A stretch of 64,000 nucleotides of DNA from contig QPMI01000460.1 of the NCBI GenBank assembly GCA_004431415.1, forward strand, positions 1 to 64,000. Reading direction: 5' to 3'. How positions within the stretch are numbered: the stretch's first letter is position 1; each line of letters opens with the position of its first letter. This document shows positions 32,830 through 45,800 of the stretch, one piece after another. The position numbers were made by a program, and so were the translations under genes. Source of the DNA: Cyanophora paradoxa CCMP329. Its lineage: Eukaryota > Plantae > Glaucophyta. Below the pieces are notes generated by a model, which was given only the letters and a program-made list of their open reading frames with translations, did no database searches and was not told the origin of the DNA.

Positions 32830-35800
32830 TTAAAGACGAGCTCGCGAGGCGGAAACTGCGGGTGGAGTGGGCGGCGCGGGAGAGTCGGGCCAGGCGGGCG
32901 GGCCTGGGGGCCGGGAGAAACGATCTGCACTCGCGGCAGCTGCTGGCCGGCCGCCCGGCCGCATCCCCAGATCTAGTCTAGTCTAGAGGGGCCTAGAGCG
33001 TGAAATCGGCTCAAGTCGAGGCCGCGGGCTGAGAGGCAGGCAGGCAGGCAGGGCCGGGGCCTCGAAGTTAGTTAGTTCGTGAGGAGGGCGAGGAGGGATA
33101 CAACGTCCGACTTGCAGTCCTTCCAGTCGCCCCATCCGCCGTCGCTGAACCGCAGGTGCGTCACCGTCCCTGCGCACCGTGCGACTCGGTGAGTTGTTGT
33201 TGGAGGTGGAGCACGCGGATTCAAAAGCTAGCCAAGCAATAAAATCTAAATATGAAGCCTTCTTCGGGGAGGAAGATCAAATCTCAAATCAAATCGGCAC
33301 CGTCGGGCTGCGTGCTAAAGTAGACGCAGTAGGTGCCCGTCGACTCCTCCAGGTAGGCCACGGGGTCCGCCGCCGCGAGCGGCACCTGCCCGCGGCGAGC
33401 GAGCGAGCGATCAGATGGGCCGACGTTGAGCGTGTAGCAGGCCGGGCCTCGGCTGGTTTAGGATACACGATGCGGGCAGGTTGCTTAAGGCACGATGAGA
33501 GTCCAGGCCTCTTGGCTAGCTCAGCTCTGGCCCGCAGGGGGGAAGGGGGGGGGGGGGGGGGGGGGGGGGGCGAGGCAGGAGGGGCGAAGGCAAAGGCCAG
33601 GGGAGACGGAGGGCAGAAGAGAAGGGTAAGAGAAGGGAAAGGGGGTACGCACGCGGTAGATGCCCGTCAGGTCCCGGTGCTTCCACCCCGCCGGCGTCGT
33701 GTAGAACTGCGCGGTGGGGGGGGGGGATTCGGCATGGGGTACGGCATCCGAGGGGCGTAGGGCGCGCCTGGTACACGTGGTGGTCGTTGCCACGGTAGAA
33801 GATCGCGAGCTCCTTCCCCCCCACGACGACCTGAAAAAAGAATGAGAAAGCGAAAATCTTTTCTTGGGGGGGATGGGGAAGGGGGGTACGGTGGCGCAGT
33901 CGCCGACGGCGGGCGGGGCCTGGCCCTTGAATCCGCACAGCTCGAACAGGTCGTCACGCGCCCACTCCTGCGCCCACGGGTGGTTCATCGGCGAGAGTGT
34001 CAGGGTGGCTCAGTTGCGCTTCTCAGCAATCAGCAATCAGTTAACAGATCTATTGACGTTAGAGCGGCTTGGCCAAGCCATCGACGTCAGGGCGCGGCTA
34101 AGGAAACAGTGGCGCGCCCCCTATCTTAGTAAGTATAAATATCAGGGCGCCTCATTAGGCTTCTCAGCACTTGATTAAGGGATGCATTGGCGTTAGAACG
34201 GCTCTGCTGAGTTTGTCTCCGCAGCATTCAGGTTAGGCCTAGCTCCCATAGCATTACAAGTAGGGCGCCCCGCCCTCTCCCCTTAGAGAGCCACAAGATC
34301 AAGGGGGTACGCCGCGCGCCTCCTTGCCGTCCTTGCCCTTCTTCTTGTAGCAGAAGAGAACCGTCCCGTCCCGCGCCACCGCCACGTGGTGCGCCGTCCC
34401 CTGGGGGGTACACGTGTACATGCGCGTTCAAAGACGAGGAGGAGGGAGGAGGGAGGGGGACGGACCTGGACGAGGGGCGCGGGGTCGCCGAGGGCCGCGG
34501 CGGGCGGGGCCGCACTGGAGGGGCCGGCCGCCGCGCTGCGCGACTTGGCCGCCGCCTCCGCCGCCAGGTGGTCCACGTCCGCCAGGCTGGGGGGGAATGA
34601 ATGAGAGGGAAAGTATGTGGGGGGGGGATGATGGGGGGGGTACGGCACCGGTCGAGGTTGGCGACGGACATGGCGCCGCGCATGTTGCCGCGGCGCGGGG
34701 GCAGGCTGAGCCCCGCGGAGAACTGGACCGTCTGGAGGAAAAAGGAGGAGGAGGCGAGGGCACAGATCAGCGTCGGAGAGGGAGGGGGTACAGGGGCTTA
34801 GAAAGAGGGTACCTGGGCGGCGGCTCCCGGGAGCAGCGAGTTCTTCCGCCCTGGCGCGCCGGGCCCAGCGGAGAGGTCGTCGGACGAGGTCGGACGGGCC
34901 GCCCGGCCGCCCTGCGCGCGGGGCGGCCAGGGTCAGCAACTGACCCAGGGTACATGGATGCGCGCGGGGGGGGTACTACCTTCGCGGGCTTCTTCTTCTC
35001 GGCAACGCTCACAAAGTCGCCGTCCTCGGATTCGAACGTGACCTGGGCGACGAATCGATCGGGGGCTGGAGGGGTACGGGGGTACGCGGGCGGACCGTCA
35101 TCCCGGGTACGTCGCCCGCGGCGCCCGCCTCGGGCGCGACCTCCTCGACCCACGCCTGGGCGAACGATCGCCTTCAGGCGAACGAAGGGAAGGGCGCCGC
35201 GCGGATTCGACCCAGGGGCGCGGGCGCACGTCGGAGGGCAGGCCCGGGGTACAGTCCTCGAGGTACCGGCGCATGCGGAGCGTGAAGAAGACGTACACGT
35301 GGCCTGCGCGGACGTTAAGAGAAGGCCGAAAAGCCAAGGACGAGGACGCGTAGGAAGCACCGTCCTTGCCGCGCCAGAGGCAGCGGAGCTCCTCGGGGGG
35401 GCACCGGAAGGCGGAGACGCGGCCGGCGCCGGGCACGAGCGGCTTGTCCTGCGGCATCCCCTCCACGTCCTGAAGGCGGGGCGGGGCGGAGGTCAGGGGC
35501 GGGCGGAGGTCAGCGGGGGGGCGGAGACCTCGGCCCGCCCCGCGGGCGAACGAACTTCGGTGCGCTAACGGTGCTAAGAACACACTAAAGAAGAACAGGG
35601 GAACGGAACCTATCGGAGATGAATGCATATCTAAGCTATTGGCGCGCCTTGCACTCGTGGAGGTCGACGGCGTGCCAGCCGCGGCCGTCCCCCGCGTTGA
35701 AGAGGTGGATCACGTGGCCCTTCGTCGAGAGGTAGAACAGGTGGTGCTCCACCCGGTTCCCCACCTGGAGGAAGAAAGTCGGGAGGGGGTACGAGAGGGG

Positions 35801-38800
35801 GAGAGGGGGGAGGGGGTACCTTCTTCGGGAAGCCCGACGGGTCGCTGCCGACCTCGGGGAGGGACCTGGAAGCGGGGGGACGGGTACGTTACATTCTGCG
35901 GGGCTGATGGCGGGGGTAGGGGTAGGGGCGCGCGGGGTATCGTCGCGGCAGAGGTTCTGCGAGATGTCGATGCACTTCCACCCAGCCTTGCTGCTCGCGG
36001 GGGGGTACCGAAAAAATGGTCGGAACGAGGCGGAGACGGGTGCAAGGATGGGGGTACGCACTCGGTCTGGAAGGCGTACATGCGGTGGTCCGAGCCGCGG
36101 ACGTACGCGTGCTGCGAGCCGTCCTCTGGAGCAGCGGGGTAAGGATATCAGGGGGTACATGATTTAAGTAGGTTACGAGGTGCTCGAGGAAATCCCGCAC
36201 CCTGGCAGAAGGCGCAGGGGGTACCGACGGCGGCCCACGCGAGCCGGTCCTCCTTATCGAGCCCCGCCGCTGCCCAAAAATCTTCAGAAAAAACGCAGAA
36301 AAAGAAGAAAAGGAGGGGTACCGGTGGAGATGTCGGCGTGGGCCCACTTGTCCCCCCCGCCGGCAAGGTTGCGGTAGTACTCGGCGACGTGGCCGGTCTT
36401 CGAGACGTAGAAGGCCTGACGCGAGGACAATCAATCAATCAACGAATCAATCAATCGAGACGTGGAATGCCATGCAAATGCAATGCAATGCAAATGAACG
36501 CGAATCGAATCGAATTGCGCACGTGCTCGCCGCCGTCGAGGCCGACGCGCTGGAAAGCGGCCATCCGGTGCTCCGTCAGGAACGCTGTTTGAAAAGGGGC
36601 TACCGTGAGGAGAGGGCCGGGGGGGAGGGGGGGGTAGGGGCACCGCCGTTGCGGGCGCTGGCCGCCTTGCTCATCATCGACCGGTAGACAGCGACTGGAA
36701 GGGAAGGAAGGAGGGGTACCCAGTCAGCGCACAAGGACGATGGGTCGGGAGCGGTGCAGGGCGCCGGCTGAAAGGTTCATGGTTTCTAAAGGGCGCGGGC
36801 TAAGTGTTTCAGAAGTTCTAAGTTCTAATGTCGCGTCGCGTCGCGGGCGCGGGCGCGGGCGCTGCGGGTCGCGGCGAGGGCGGGCGGACGGACCGTACTC
36901 GGCGGCGGGGCGGCGCCAGGAGAGGTCGATGTTCATCACCCTCTTCGTCAGCGTCTCCTGCAGAGGGGCGAAGGGGGAAGGGCGTTAAGAAAGGCGGGCG
37001 GGCGGGGGGCGCCGAGGGCGGAGTGGAGGGGAGGGGAGCGTCCCGGCCAGGCCCAAGCCAGCTAGCTCCCAGCTGCAGGCTCTCCTGGGCCTCCTCCTTC
37101 TAGGTCTGGGCCTTCTCCTAAGTCGCGGGGAAGCTTTCTCTGGAGGTCTAGGTCTAGACCTCTAGCCTAGACCTCTGCTCTAGGTCTAGACTTCTAGCCT
37201 AGACATCTGCTAGGCTGCTTAACCCAAGGGGACCAGCCCTGTGCACCTGGGTGGCGGGGTCGCGCCAGGCCTTGAAGGCGCGCTCGAGGGCCTCCCCGAA
37301 CTGCCAGATGCAGTTGTGCCAGAACACAAACCCTGGGCGAGGGGGGGGGCGCGGGCGCGGGCGTCGGCGGGGCGGGGGAGGGAGGGAGGGGGCAGGCGGG
37401 CCCCGCGCGCGCGCGCGCGGGCGCACCGTTCATGTCGTCGCCGCCCTCGCGGACGGTGTCGCGGAGGCCGCCCACCGCCCGCACCACCGGGATCGACCCG
37501 TACCGCATCGCGACTGCGGGCGAAAGCTGAGCTCAGCTTCGGGAGCTAGCTAGGCTAGCTAGCTTCGGGCGCGCGGTCGGCGGGAGCTTATTATAAGCTA
37601 AGTCAGCGGGAGCTAATATAAGCTAATTATAAGCGTAGCGCCTGCTTAGGAAGCTAAGGAAGCTAAGCAACGCCGAGCAAAGCTAAGCCGAGCTGAGCTT
37701 CACTTCGGGAGCCGCGCTGCGCTAGGATTCTTCTCCTGCCGGGAGGGGCGCGGCGCACTCATCTGAGTGAGGCCGCAGGGCTCGAAGTTGGACGGGACGA
37801 TGAAGGCGTCCGCCCCCGCGAAGATCAGGTGCACGATCCTGTGGGGGAGGTTAGGGGGGGGGAGGAGGCGGGGGGGGGGGGGGGGGGGGGTTGAGGCGCA
37901 CTTCTCGTCCTGCTGGAGGCACACGCGGACGTACTTGCTCGTGCTGCACTCGTGCGCCACGCGCCTGGGGGTACGGCGTTAGATGACGGGGGCAGCCCGA
38001 CTCGAAGGCGAAGGGGGGGGGGGGTACCGCCAAAGCTCGGGGTCGTCCTGGCTGGAGCCGAGGACGACCATCTGCACCGCGTTCTTGTGCGCCTGCGAAC
38101 GAAGCTGAGGGGGTACGGGACGAAGGAGGGGGTACCGGGAGGGGGAAGGGGGGTACAGCACGCACCCAGCCGATGGCGTGGAGAATGTGGTGGACCCCCT
38201 TCTGCTCCGTGAGGCGGGCGACGCAGCCCACCTGTGGGGATACGCGTTTCAGAAAAGAGGAGAAAACCTTGGGGGGGGAAGCTGGGTAGGGGTACCATGA
38301 AATCGTTCCACTCGAACTCCTTCTCGGGTACGGGCATCGCGAGGAGCTTGCGCAGGGCGTTCTTGTTCTCCAGCTTCTTGCGCCGCAGCGTCGCTGGGTA
38401 CAGGATTACAAGAGGCGAGGGGGAGCGGTGTGGGACGGGAAGGGGGGTACCTCCATCCATGTCCGCCGAGTAGTTGACCGCTGCAGAACAACTTAGAGCG
38501 AAAACGAAGAACGAGAGAAAGAAAGAGGAAATGAACGGACCGAGAAGCTGGTCAGTGGCGGGGTTCCATTCGGCGTAGTCGATGCCATTCAGAATGCCCA
38601 CCATCTTCCCCTCGTGCTGAAGAGGGGATTCCCTTTAGAGAGGAAAGCAACCACAAAGGGAAGAGGGCAGGGGGTACATGCCTTGCAGATGATGGGGTAC
38701 AGGCGCTCCCCGGAGAGCGAACGATCCGCGAGGATCTCGTCGCGGTAGTTTGGGCTCACGATCACCACCTTGGGGGTACGCAGTTAAGCGGGGATGGGGT

Positions 38801-40999
38801 ACGGGATTATCAGAGGGCGGCGTGGGGTGAGGTGGGGGATATGGCGGCACCTTGTCAGAGAACTCGATGGCGCCCTTGAGGAGGATACAGTGCTCGCCGA
38901 GGTCGTGCTTGTTGGGGTACATCTAGAATAGGGGGGTTGAGGGGTGGATGGGGTAGCGGAAAAGAGGAAGAGGGGGGTACCAGCTCGCGGGGGAGGCCCT
39001 TGATGAAGCAGTTGGCGACTGCGGGGGGCGGGGTTCGGTTCGGTCAGGACGGATAGAAAACGATAAAGCGGCGGCAGGCAAGGCGGTGCCGGCGAAGGCT
39101 TGAAGCAAAATCTAAAGCCAAGTCGGGTAAATCTAAGCCGCAGAAAGCTAACGGCAGCTGAAGAAGCAACAGCCCAGCGGGCCGAGCCCGCGGGGGGCGG
39201 GGAAACGGTGGCGGGGACGGGGAAGGGCGCCTAGAGCCGAAGCTACTAAAGCGGGAGCCAAGCTAGAGGAGCTGAAGCCAAGCCAAGCTTTAGAAAAGGG
39301 CGGAGCTTAAGGAGCCAAAGCTAGAGAAGCTTAAGAGGGCCAAACAAAAGCCACAGGAGGAGGGGACGGGCGGACCGTCGTAAGCTAAAGAAGCTAAAGA
39401 AGCTTAAAGGAGGGAAGGGACGGACCGTCGGGGACGTGGACGATGGTACCCTGGCAGATCTCCGCCGCGTTGTGCACGGTCAGCAGCACTCGCGCCGTGT
39501 TCAGGCCCTGGGCGGGGGGTACAGGTAAGAGACCGGGGGAGGGGAGGGAGGGAGGGGTACGCGGGACCTTCTCGTAGAACTCGGTGTAGTAGAGGGGGGC
39601 CACGAGGGCCGACGACCAGTCGTTCAGGTGGAGCACGTCCTGGGGGGAAGGGGTGAGGAGAAGTGGGGTACGAGAGGGCACGGGTCTAGGGCTGAAGGGC
39701 GGGGCGGGTCGGGGCGGGGCGGAGCCGCTGGCCGCGGCCCGAGCGGTACCTCAGCAGCCCGGGCCGCAAGCTTCAGGCCCGAACCGCGATGCTGCAGGGC
39801 CCGGGGCGGGCGGCCGCACCACCTGGCGGTTGTGCTGGATGCGGAGGGAGAGGAGGTAGTCCAGCGCCGCTCGGCAGAACATGCTGCGGGGCAGGGAGAG
39901 GGGTACGGGATTAGAGTGGGCGGGGGGTAGGGGTGGCAGGGCTGGGGGCCGGGCGCGAGGGCGGCTCGCCTGAACGACGCGAAGCTCTTGTTGTTGTACA
40001 CCGCGAAGCGCTCTGCGGGGAGGGCGGGGCCGGCCCGTCAGATCGAATTTGATCCCAGGCTCCGCCCCCCCGCCTCCTCCCGCCCGGGGCGCGCCGAAAG
40101 TGGGGCACTGGGTGTCGAGCATGACGACGGGGATCTGAACACGAGGAAGAAGAAAAAAGAAGGAATAAGAAGAGAAAAAGAAGAAAAATAAAAACAAGCG
40201 GACGTGGTGGAGGCCCCCGTCGTCGGAGACGGTCCCGACCTGTCGAAAAAAAACCAAAGCTGAGCCCTAAGGGAAAAGGAAGGGAAAGGAAGGGGGGCGG
40301 CGGAGCGGACCTCGGCGACAAACTCGACGTCCTGGTATGCGTGACAGCTGTGGAACTTCGGAACGCGCGGGCACGGCTGCGGCGGCGCGCGGAAGGCGGC
40401 ACGAGGCGGGCCGGAGGATCAGCGGTGTCGACGGCGGGCGCCGGCGCGGCTTAGGAGCGGCGCCGCGGCGGCGCACCTTGATGTTGTGGCACTTCTTGTA
40501 CTTGACTGCGGTGGGCGGGGCGGGCTCGGCGGCGGCGGCGGCGGCGGCGGCGGCAGGCGGCGGCGGCGAAAGGGCCGTCGGGCAGGCGGCGGCGGCGAAC
40601 CGTGCGGGCCCTCGTAGTACTTAGGCAGAATGCACTCAACCTTGTGGCCGTCCTGAATGAGCTGCGCGGCGAGCCCGAACACCACGTCCTGCCGGGGCGC
40701 CAGTGAGCGCTGCTCCGCGCGCAAGGGCGGCGCCCCCGCTCCGCCGGCCGGCCGGCCGCCGCCGGCAGCGCGGTCCGTGTAGGAAAACGCACCGCCAGGC
40801 CTCCCACTTTAATGAAAGGCGAGATCTCGCTGCGCGGCGCAGGCCGACGTTCAGTCGTCAACGCGCGCCGTCGGCGTCACCGCCGGCGGCAAGTCCCCCC
40901 ACCGGGTCATTCGCACCTCGCCACGAAAACGATGTCTAGTGGCCGGTCGCCGGGCGCCGCGCCGCCCGGGAGCGTCGTAGGGCCTTCGCCGCGGCCCAT
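32830..40999 (-). CDS. GT5 starch/glycogen synthase (SSIII/SSIV/GlgA-like) with a C-terminal lectin-like beta-propeller extension; 3' end approximate
   Basis: GT5 motifs: SEISPFIKVGGLA|DVV, DVLHLNDWSSALV, LTVHN, LKGAIEFSDK|VVIVSPNY, GILNGID, RLTEQKG, FAGADAFIVPSNFEPCGLTQM|VAMRYGSIPVVRAVGGLRDTV, DLSWRRPAAEY|VAVY. It continues without a stop into repeats such as LAIFYRGNDHHVYQ|FYTTPAGWKHRDLT. Confidence 0.85.
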
Positions 41000-41198
41000 G
41001 TTGCAGCGACTGCTGCACTAGCGCTTCGCTTAGCTTCGCTACAGCTGTAGCGCACAAGATGCACTTGCGAACCACCCACTGTCCAGATTGGGGGGGCCGA
41101 TTTCAGCCGGGTACACGAAGAATTGACTTGCTCGCGCTGCCCCAGTCTCAGGCCGCAGGCTCTCAGCACGACATTCGGGCCGTGTGTGATCGCCCTGC

Positions 41199-42823
41199 AT
41201 GGCGAACGGCGACGTGGTCCGATTCTCTGCGCAAGGCGCGGTATGGTTCCTGCGCGTGCGCTGGAGCAACGAGGGCGGGCCGGACGAGAGCCTGAGCCTC
41301 ACCCTCACGAACGGCAAGTCGGCGTGGCTGGCGAACTGTAAGCCCCGCCGCCGCGTACGCGCATCCGAATTCGAAGCGAACGCTCCGCGCAGGCCGGCCG
41401 AAAGACCTGCAGCGCTCGAACTACGACGAATCAAACGGCAGCTTCGCTGATGTCGTTCTCCGACCGGCCCTCGCGCGCTCGGTGCGCGAAGCCGCCGAGC
41501 TGTGAGCCTTCGCCTCGTCTCCCTGACGGCCACCCGCAGCGGCCCGACGAGGCGCGCTTCCGCTTCGAGGTCAAAGAGACGGCGCTGGGCGATCGCGTAC
41601 GCCCCCGCCGCGCCCGCGTCGGCGCCGCGCGGGCGTTCACACCCGCTCCGATCCGGCCGCAGCTGGAACTCATGATCGTATTGATCCTCGAGGCTGGACG
41701 GGAAGCGAGATGGGAGGCGAGCAAGCGAGCGAGCGGGCTGCAGGCCGCGCCTCCGTCCGCGCTCCCTGACGCCCTGCCGTGCACCCGCAGGTCTTCAGCC
41801 AGCCGCTGGCCATGACGCGCGAGCAGGTCCCCGGCGCGGGGGTACAGGAGCTTCTCGAGCACCTTCTCAGCAGCCGCGACAGCGCGCAGGCGAGCGGGCG
41901 TATCCCCCTCGCCCGGCGCCGGACCGCCCCTCACGCGCCCCCAGGAACGATACAGCCTCGCGGTCGACGCCCGGAAGCAGGTGCGCCCCGCGCTTTGATC
42001 CTTTGATCCTGTACCCCCCGTGAACACTCTACCCAGATGGAGGACCGGTACGAGTCGACGGCGCGGGAGTTGCAGAAGGCGAACGAGCGGGTAAAAGAAG
42101 TCGAGGCGAAGGGCGTCGGCCGGTTTGCTGCCCTATTGAACCACAAGAGGGAGAAGATCCGCGACCTCATCGACGAGGGTACGCCAATTTCGAATTCGAA
42201 TTCGCATCCGAATTTGATCCGGGGGGGGGTAGAGGAGGATCTAAAGCGGCAACTGGAGGAGACGAAGCGGCGGGCGGCGGGCGGGGCCGGCGCCAGCCCC
42301 GGCGGGTCGGCGCGGGGGGGTACGCCGAAGCGGCGGGGGCGGGGGGGCGTACGCGGCGGACGGCGCCCGGCCCCCGCCCGCGAGGAAGATGGGGGGGAGG
42401 AAGAGGAGGAGGAGGAGGACGGGGACGGGGGGGAAGAAACGGACCGGGAGAGCGGGGGGGAGGAGGAGCCCGAGGAGGACGGGGCAGAGGACGGCGGGGG
42501 TACCCAGACTCAGGCGCGGCGCGGCGCCGTACCCCCCTCCTGGCCCCAGCTGACGGCCCTTCGTTCGCAGCGGACGGAGGCCCCCACGCAGCCGACGCAG
42601 CCCACGGCTCAGGCCGCTGCGATGGTGGTCGCCTCCCCCTCCCCTCCGCGCCTTCACCCCTTTATCGTGACCCTGTACCCCCCATCAGGCGGCCGACGGG
42701 TCGGACGACGAGGGGAAGCCTGTCGTAAAGCGGCGGTGCGCCAATCAAACCGTCGGTGCTCGGTGCTGAGTCACTGCTGACCCACCCGCCCCATTCCCCC
42801 GCAGGCGCTTGCCGATGGGGTGA
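41199..42823 (+). CDS. XRCC4: XRCC4-like NHEJ factor, multi-exon
   Basis: Beta-rich head (WFLRVRW...LSLTLTNGKSAW), coiled coil with RFAALLNHKREKIRDL (ligase IV-binding signature), acidic tail with S/TQ cluster and terminal KRRR. Confidence 0.8.
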
Positions 42824-42881
42824 CATGGAGCGGCGTGTGCGCGTGCGAGCGAGTGGCAGCGGTAGCAGGATTGTGAAAATC

Positions 42882-45800
42882 TCAATTTGAGGGGCATCTC
42901 GACTCTGCGGCCCCTATCTGCAGCTTGCTTGGGCCCGGGAACGTCGTACCCCCCGCCCCCGCCACGTCACGCGATGCGGCGGGCGGCGCAGTCCTTGCAG
43001 AGCCGCCGCCCGTACCGCACAATTTCGTCGCGCTCCACCTGTACCCGGGGCGGCGCTCAGGGACGGGGGGTACGAGGGTACGGGGCGGTCGCGACGGGTC
43101 GGGGCGCACCCGGATGCAGGACTCCTCGAGGGCGGGGCAGCCCTGGGTGTGGTACACGTCGCCGCCTGCGGCGAAACAAAACGAAGGCTCAATATAAGAC
43201 GAAAAGAGCAGGGGTACGCCTTCCGAATGAAGTTCGCGTACCCCCGTTGGTGATGTAGGCGGTCTCCGCGAAGCCTGACTTCTTCGCGTCCTTCATCTGC
43301 TGCTCCTTCTTCTTGAGCTCGGCGCGGAACCGGTCCTCGTTCTCTTTCATGCGCCCCTCAAGCTCGAAGATCTGATCCGAGTTCGAAAATTTGGATTCGA
43401 ATTCGAATTCGAATTTGAAGGGGGGGGGGGAGGTCGCGGGGGGTACGCCGGACCTTCTTCGTGAGCTCGAAGATGCGCGACTCCTTCTCCGTGATGACCG
43501 CCTCCCGCTCCGCGATGGCCTGGGGGGAAAACGGTCAGGGGTACGGGGAAGGGAAACGGGGGTACGGGATTATTCCCCGGCTCGCTCGCCTGGGCGGCGT
43601 CGCCGCTGGCGCGGGTCATGCGCATGAGGGACTCCTGGGCCTCCTCGGCGGCCCGGCGCGCCTCCCGCGCCTCCTTCACGGCCGCCCGCGCCTCCTCGCG
43701 GGCCGCGGGCAGCGCCGCCTCGGCCTGGGCGGCCGCGCGCGCTCGGCCTGCAGCCGCTCCTCCAGCGCCTCCCGAGCCGCCTCGGCGGCCCTCAGCTCCT
43801 CCGCGGAGCGGGCGCCGTCCTCGCGGGCCTCGCGCAGCCGCTCCGCCAGCGCCGCGCACTCGCGCTCGGCCTCCGCGACCGCCGCCTCGCCGGCCCGCCT
43901 CGCCTCCTCCAGGTCGCCCGTGAGCTCCTGCACGCCCCGCCGCGTCTCCCGCAGCTCGGCGTCCAGAGCCCGGACCTGCCCCCGCAGCTGCTCCGCGCTC
44001 CGCTGCGCCTCGCCGGCCGCCGCCTCGCCCTGCCGCCGCTCCGCCTCGAGCCTCGCGGCCGTCTTCTCCGCCTGCTGCTCGGCGGCGCGGAGGCCCTCCT
44101 CCAGCGCCTGGCGCGCCCGCTCGCCGTCCTTCAGCTGCGCCTGCAGCCGCTGCTCCCGCGCCGCCGCCTCCTTCGCGGCGGCCTCCGCCCGGCGCGAGGC
44201 CTCGGCCAGCTGATCCGCCGTGTCCTCTCCCTGACGCTGAGACTCGCGCAGCTGCGCCTCCAGCTGCGCCTTGGCCCGCTCCAGCTCCTTCGCCGCCGCC
44301 CGCGCCTCGGCCACGGCTGCGGAGCGGAGTGAGCGTGCCGCTCTTAAGAAGAGAGCGAGAGAGAGCGCTCGCGCGCACCCTTCTCCGCCTCGCTGGCGCT
44401 CACGCTCTTCTGCTCCTGCAGCTCCGTCAGCTCCTCCTCGGCCTCCGCCACGCGCCTCCGCAGCTCCTTGATCTCGCCGTCGGCCGCCGCCTTCCCCTTC
44501 TCCGCCTCGCGCAGCGCCGCCTTGAGCTTCTCGCCCTCGGCCGCCGCCGCCTCGCGCCGCCCGCGCTCCTCCTCCAGCTCCGCAGCGGTCTCCTCGCCGC
44601 CCCGCTCGGCCCTCTTCAGGCCCTCCTCGAGCGCCTGGCGCGCCCGCTCGCCGTCCTTAAGCTGCGCCTGCAGCCGCTGCTCCCGCGCGGCCGCCTCCTT
44701 CGCCGCCGCCTCGGCCCGGCGCGAGGCCTCCGCGAGCTGCTCGGCCGCCTCGGCGCCCTGCCGCTGCGCCTCGCGCAAGTGGTCCTCCAGCTGCCCCTTG
44801 GCCCGCTCCAGCTCCTTCACGGCCGCCCGCGCCGCCCCGAGCGCTGCGCCGTGCCGCGGCCCATCAGTCAGCCGCCGTTTCTCTTCTCGGCGGGCCCCGC
44901 GCACGCACCCTTCTCGGCCTCGCCGACGGCGGCTGCGCGCTGCCTCTGCACGTCCTTGATCTCTTCCGCCGCCTCCTGCAGCCGCCGCTTGATCTCGCCC
45001 AGCTCCGCCTCGCGCGCCGTCTTCGCCTTGTCCGCCTCCCGCAGCGCCGCCTTGAGCCGCTCGCCCTCCGCCGCCGCCGCCTCGCCCTTGCGCCGCTCCT
45101 CCTCCAGCTCCGCCGCCGTCTCGTCCGCCTGCTTCTCCGACGCGCGAAGGCCCTCCTCCAGCGCCTGGCGCGCCCGCTCGGCGTCGCGGAGCTGCGCCTG
45201 CAGCCGCTGCTCCCGCGCCGCCGCCTCCTTCGCGGCCGCCTCGGTCCGCCGCGACGCCTCGACGAGCTCCTCGGCCGCCTCGACGCCCTGCCGCTGCGCC
45301 TCGCGCAGCTGCGCCTCGAGCTGCGCCTTGGCCCGCTCCAGTTCTTTCGCGGCCGCACGGGACTCGGCCAAGGCTGCGGGGCGATGTGAGCGGCGCCGGG
45401 GCGCGCGGCGGGCGGTTGGGACAGAAGAATCGCGTGCGCACCCTTCTCGGCCTCGCTGGCGCTCACGCTCTTCTGCTCCTGCAGCTCCGTCAGCTCCTCC
45501 TCGGCCTCCGCAACGCGCCTCCGCAGCTCCTTGATCTCGCCGTCGGCCGCCGCCTTCCCCTTCTCCGCCTCGCGCAGCGCCGCCTTGAGCTTCTCGCCCT
45601 CGGCCGCCGCCGCCTCGCGCCGCCCGCGCTCCTCCTCCAGCTCCGCAGCGGTCTCCTCGCCGCCCCGCTCGGCCCTCTTCAGGCCCTCCTCCAGGGCCTT
45701 CGCCTCTGCCTGAAGGCGCCGCTCGCGGGCCGCCGCCTCGGCCGCCGCCGCCTCCGCCCGGCGCGCCGCCTCGGCCAGCTGCCCCCGGAGCTCCTCCTCC

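Noticed and set aside
41199-42823. XRCC4 as the local cause of the palindromic insertions
   Set aside because: XRCC4 acts in trans, so its presence in this window is not evidence.
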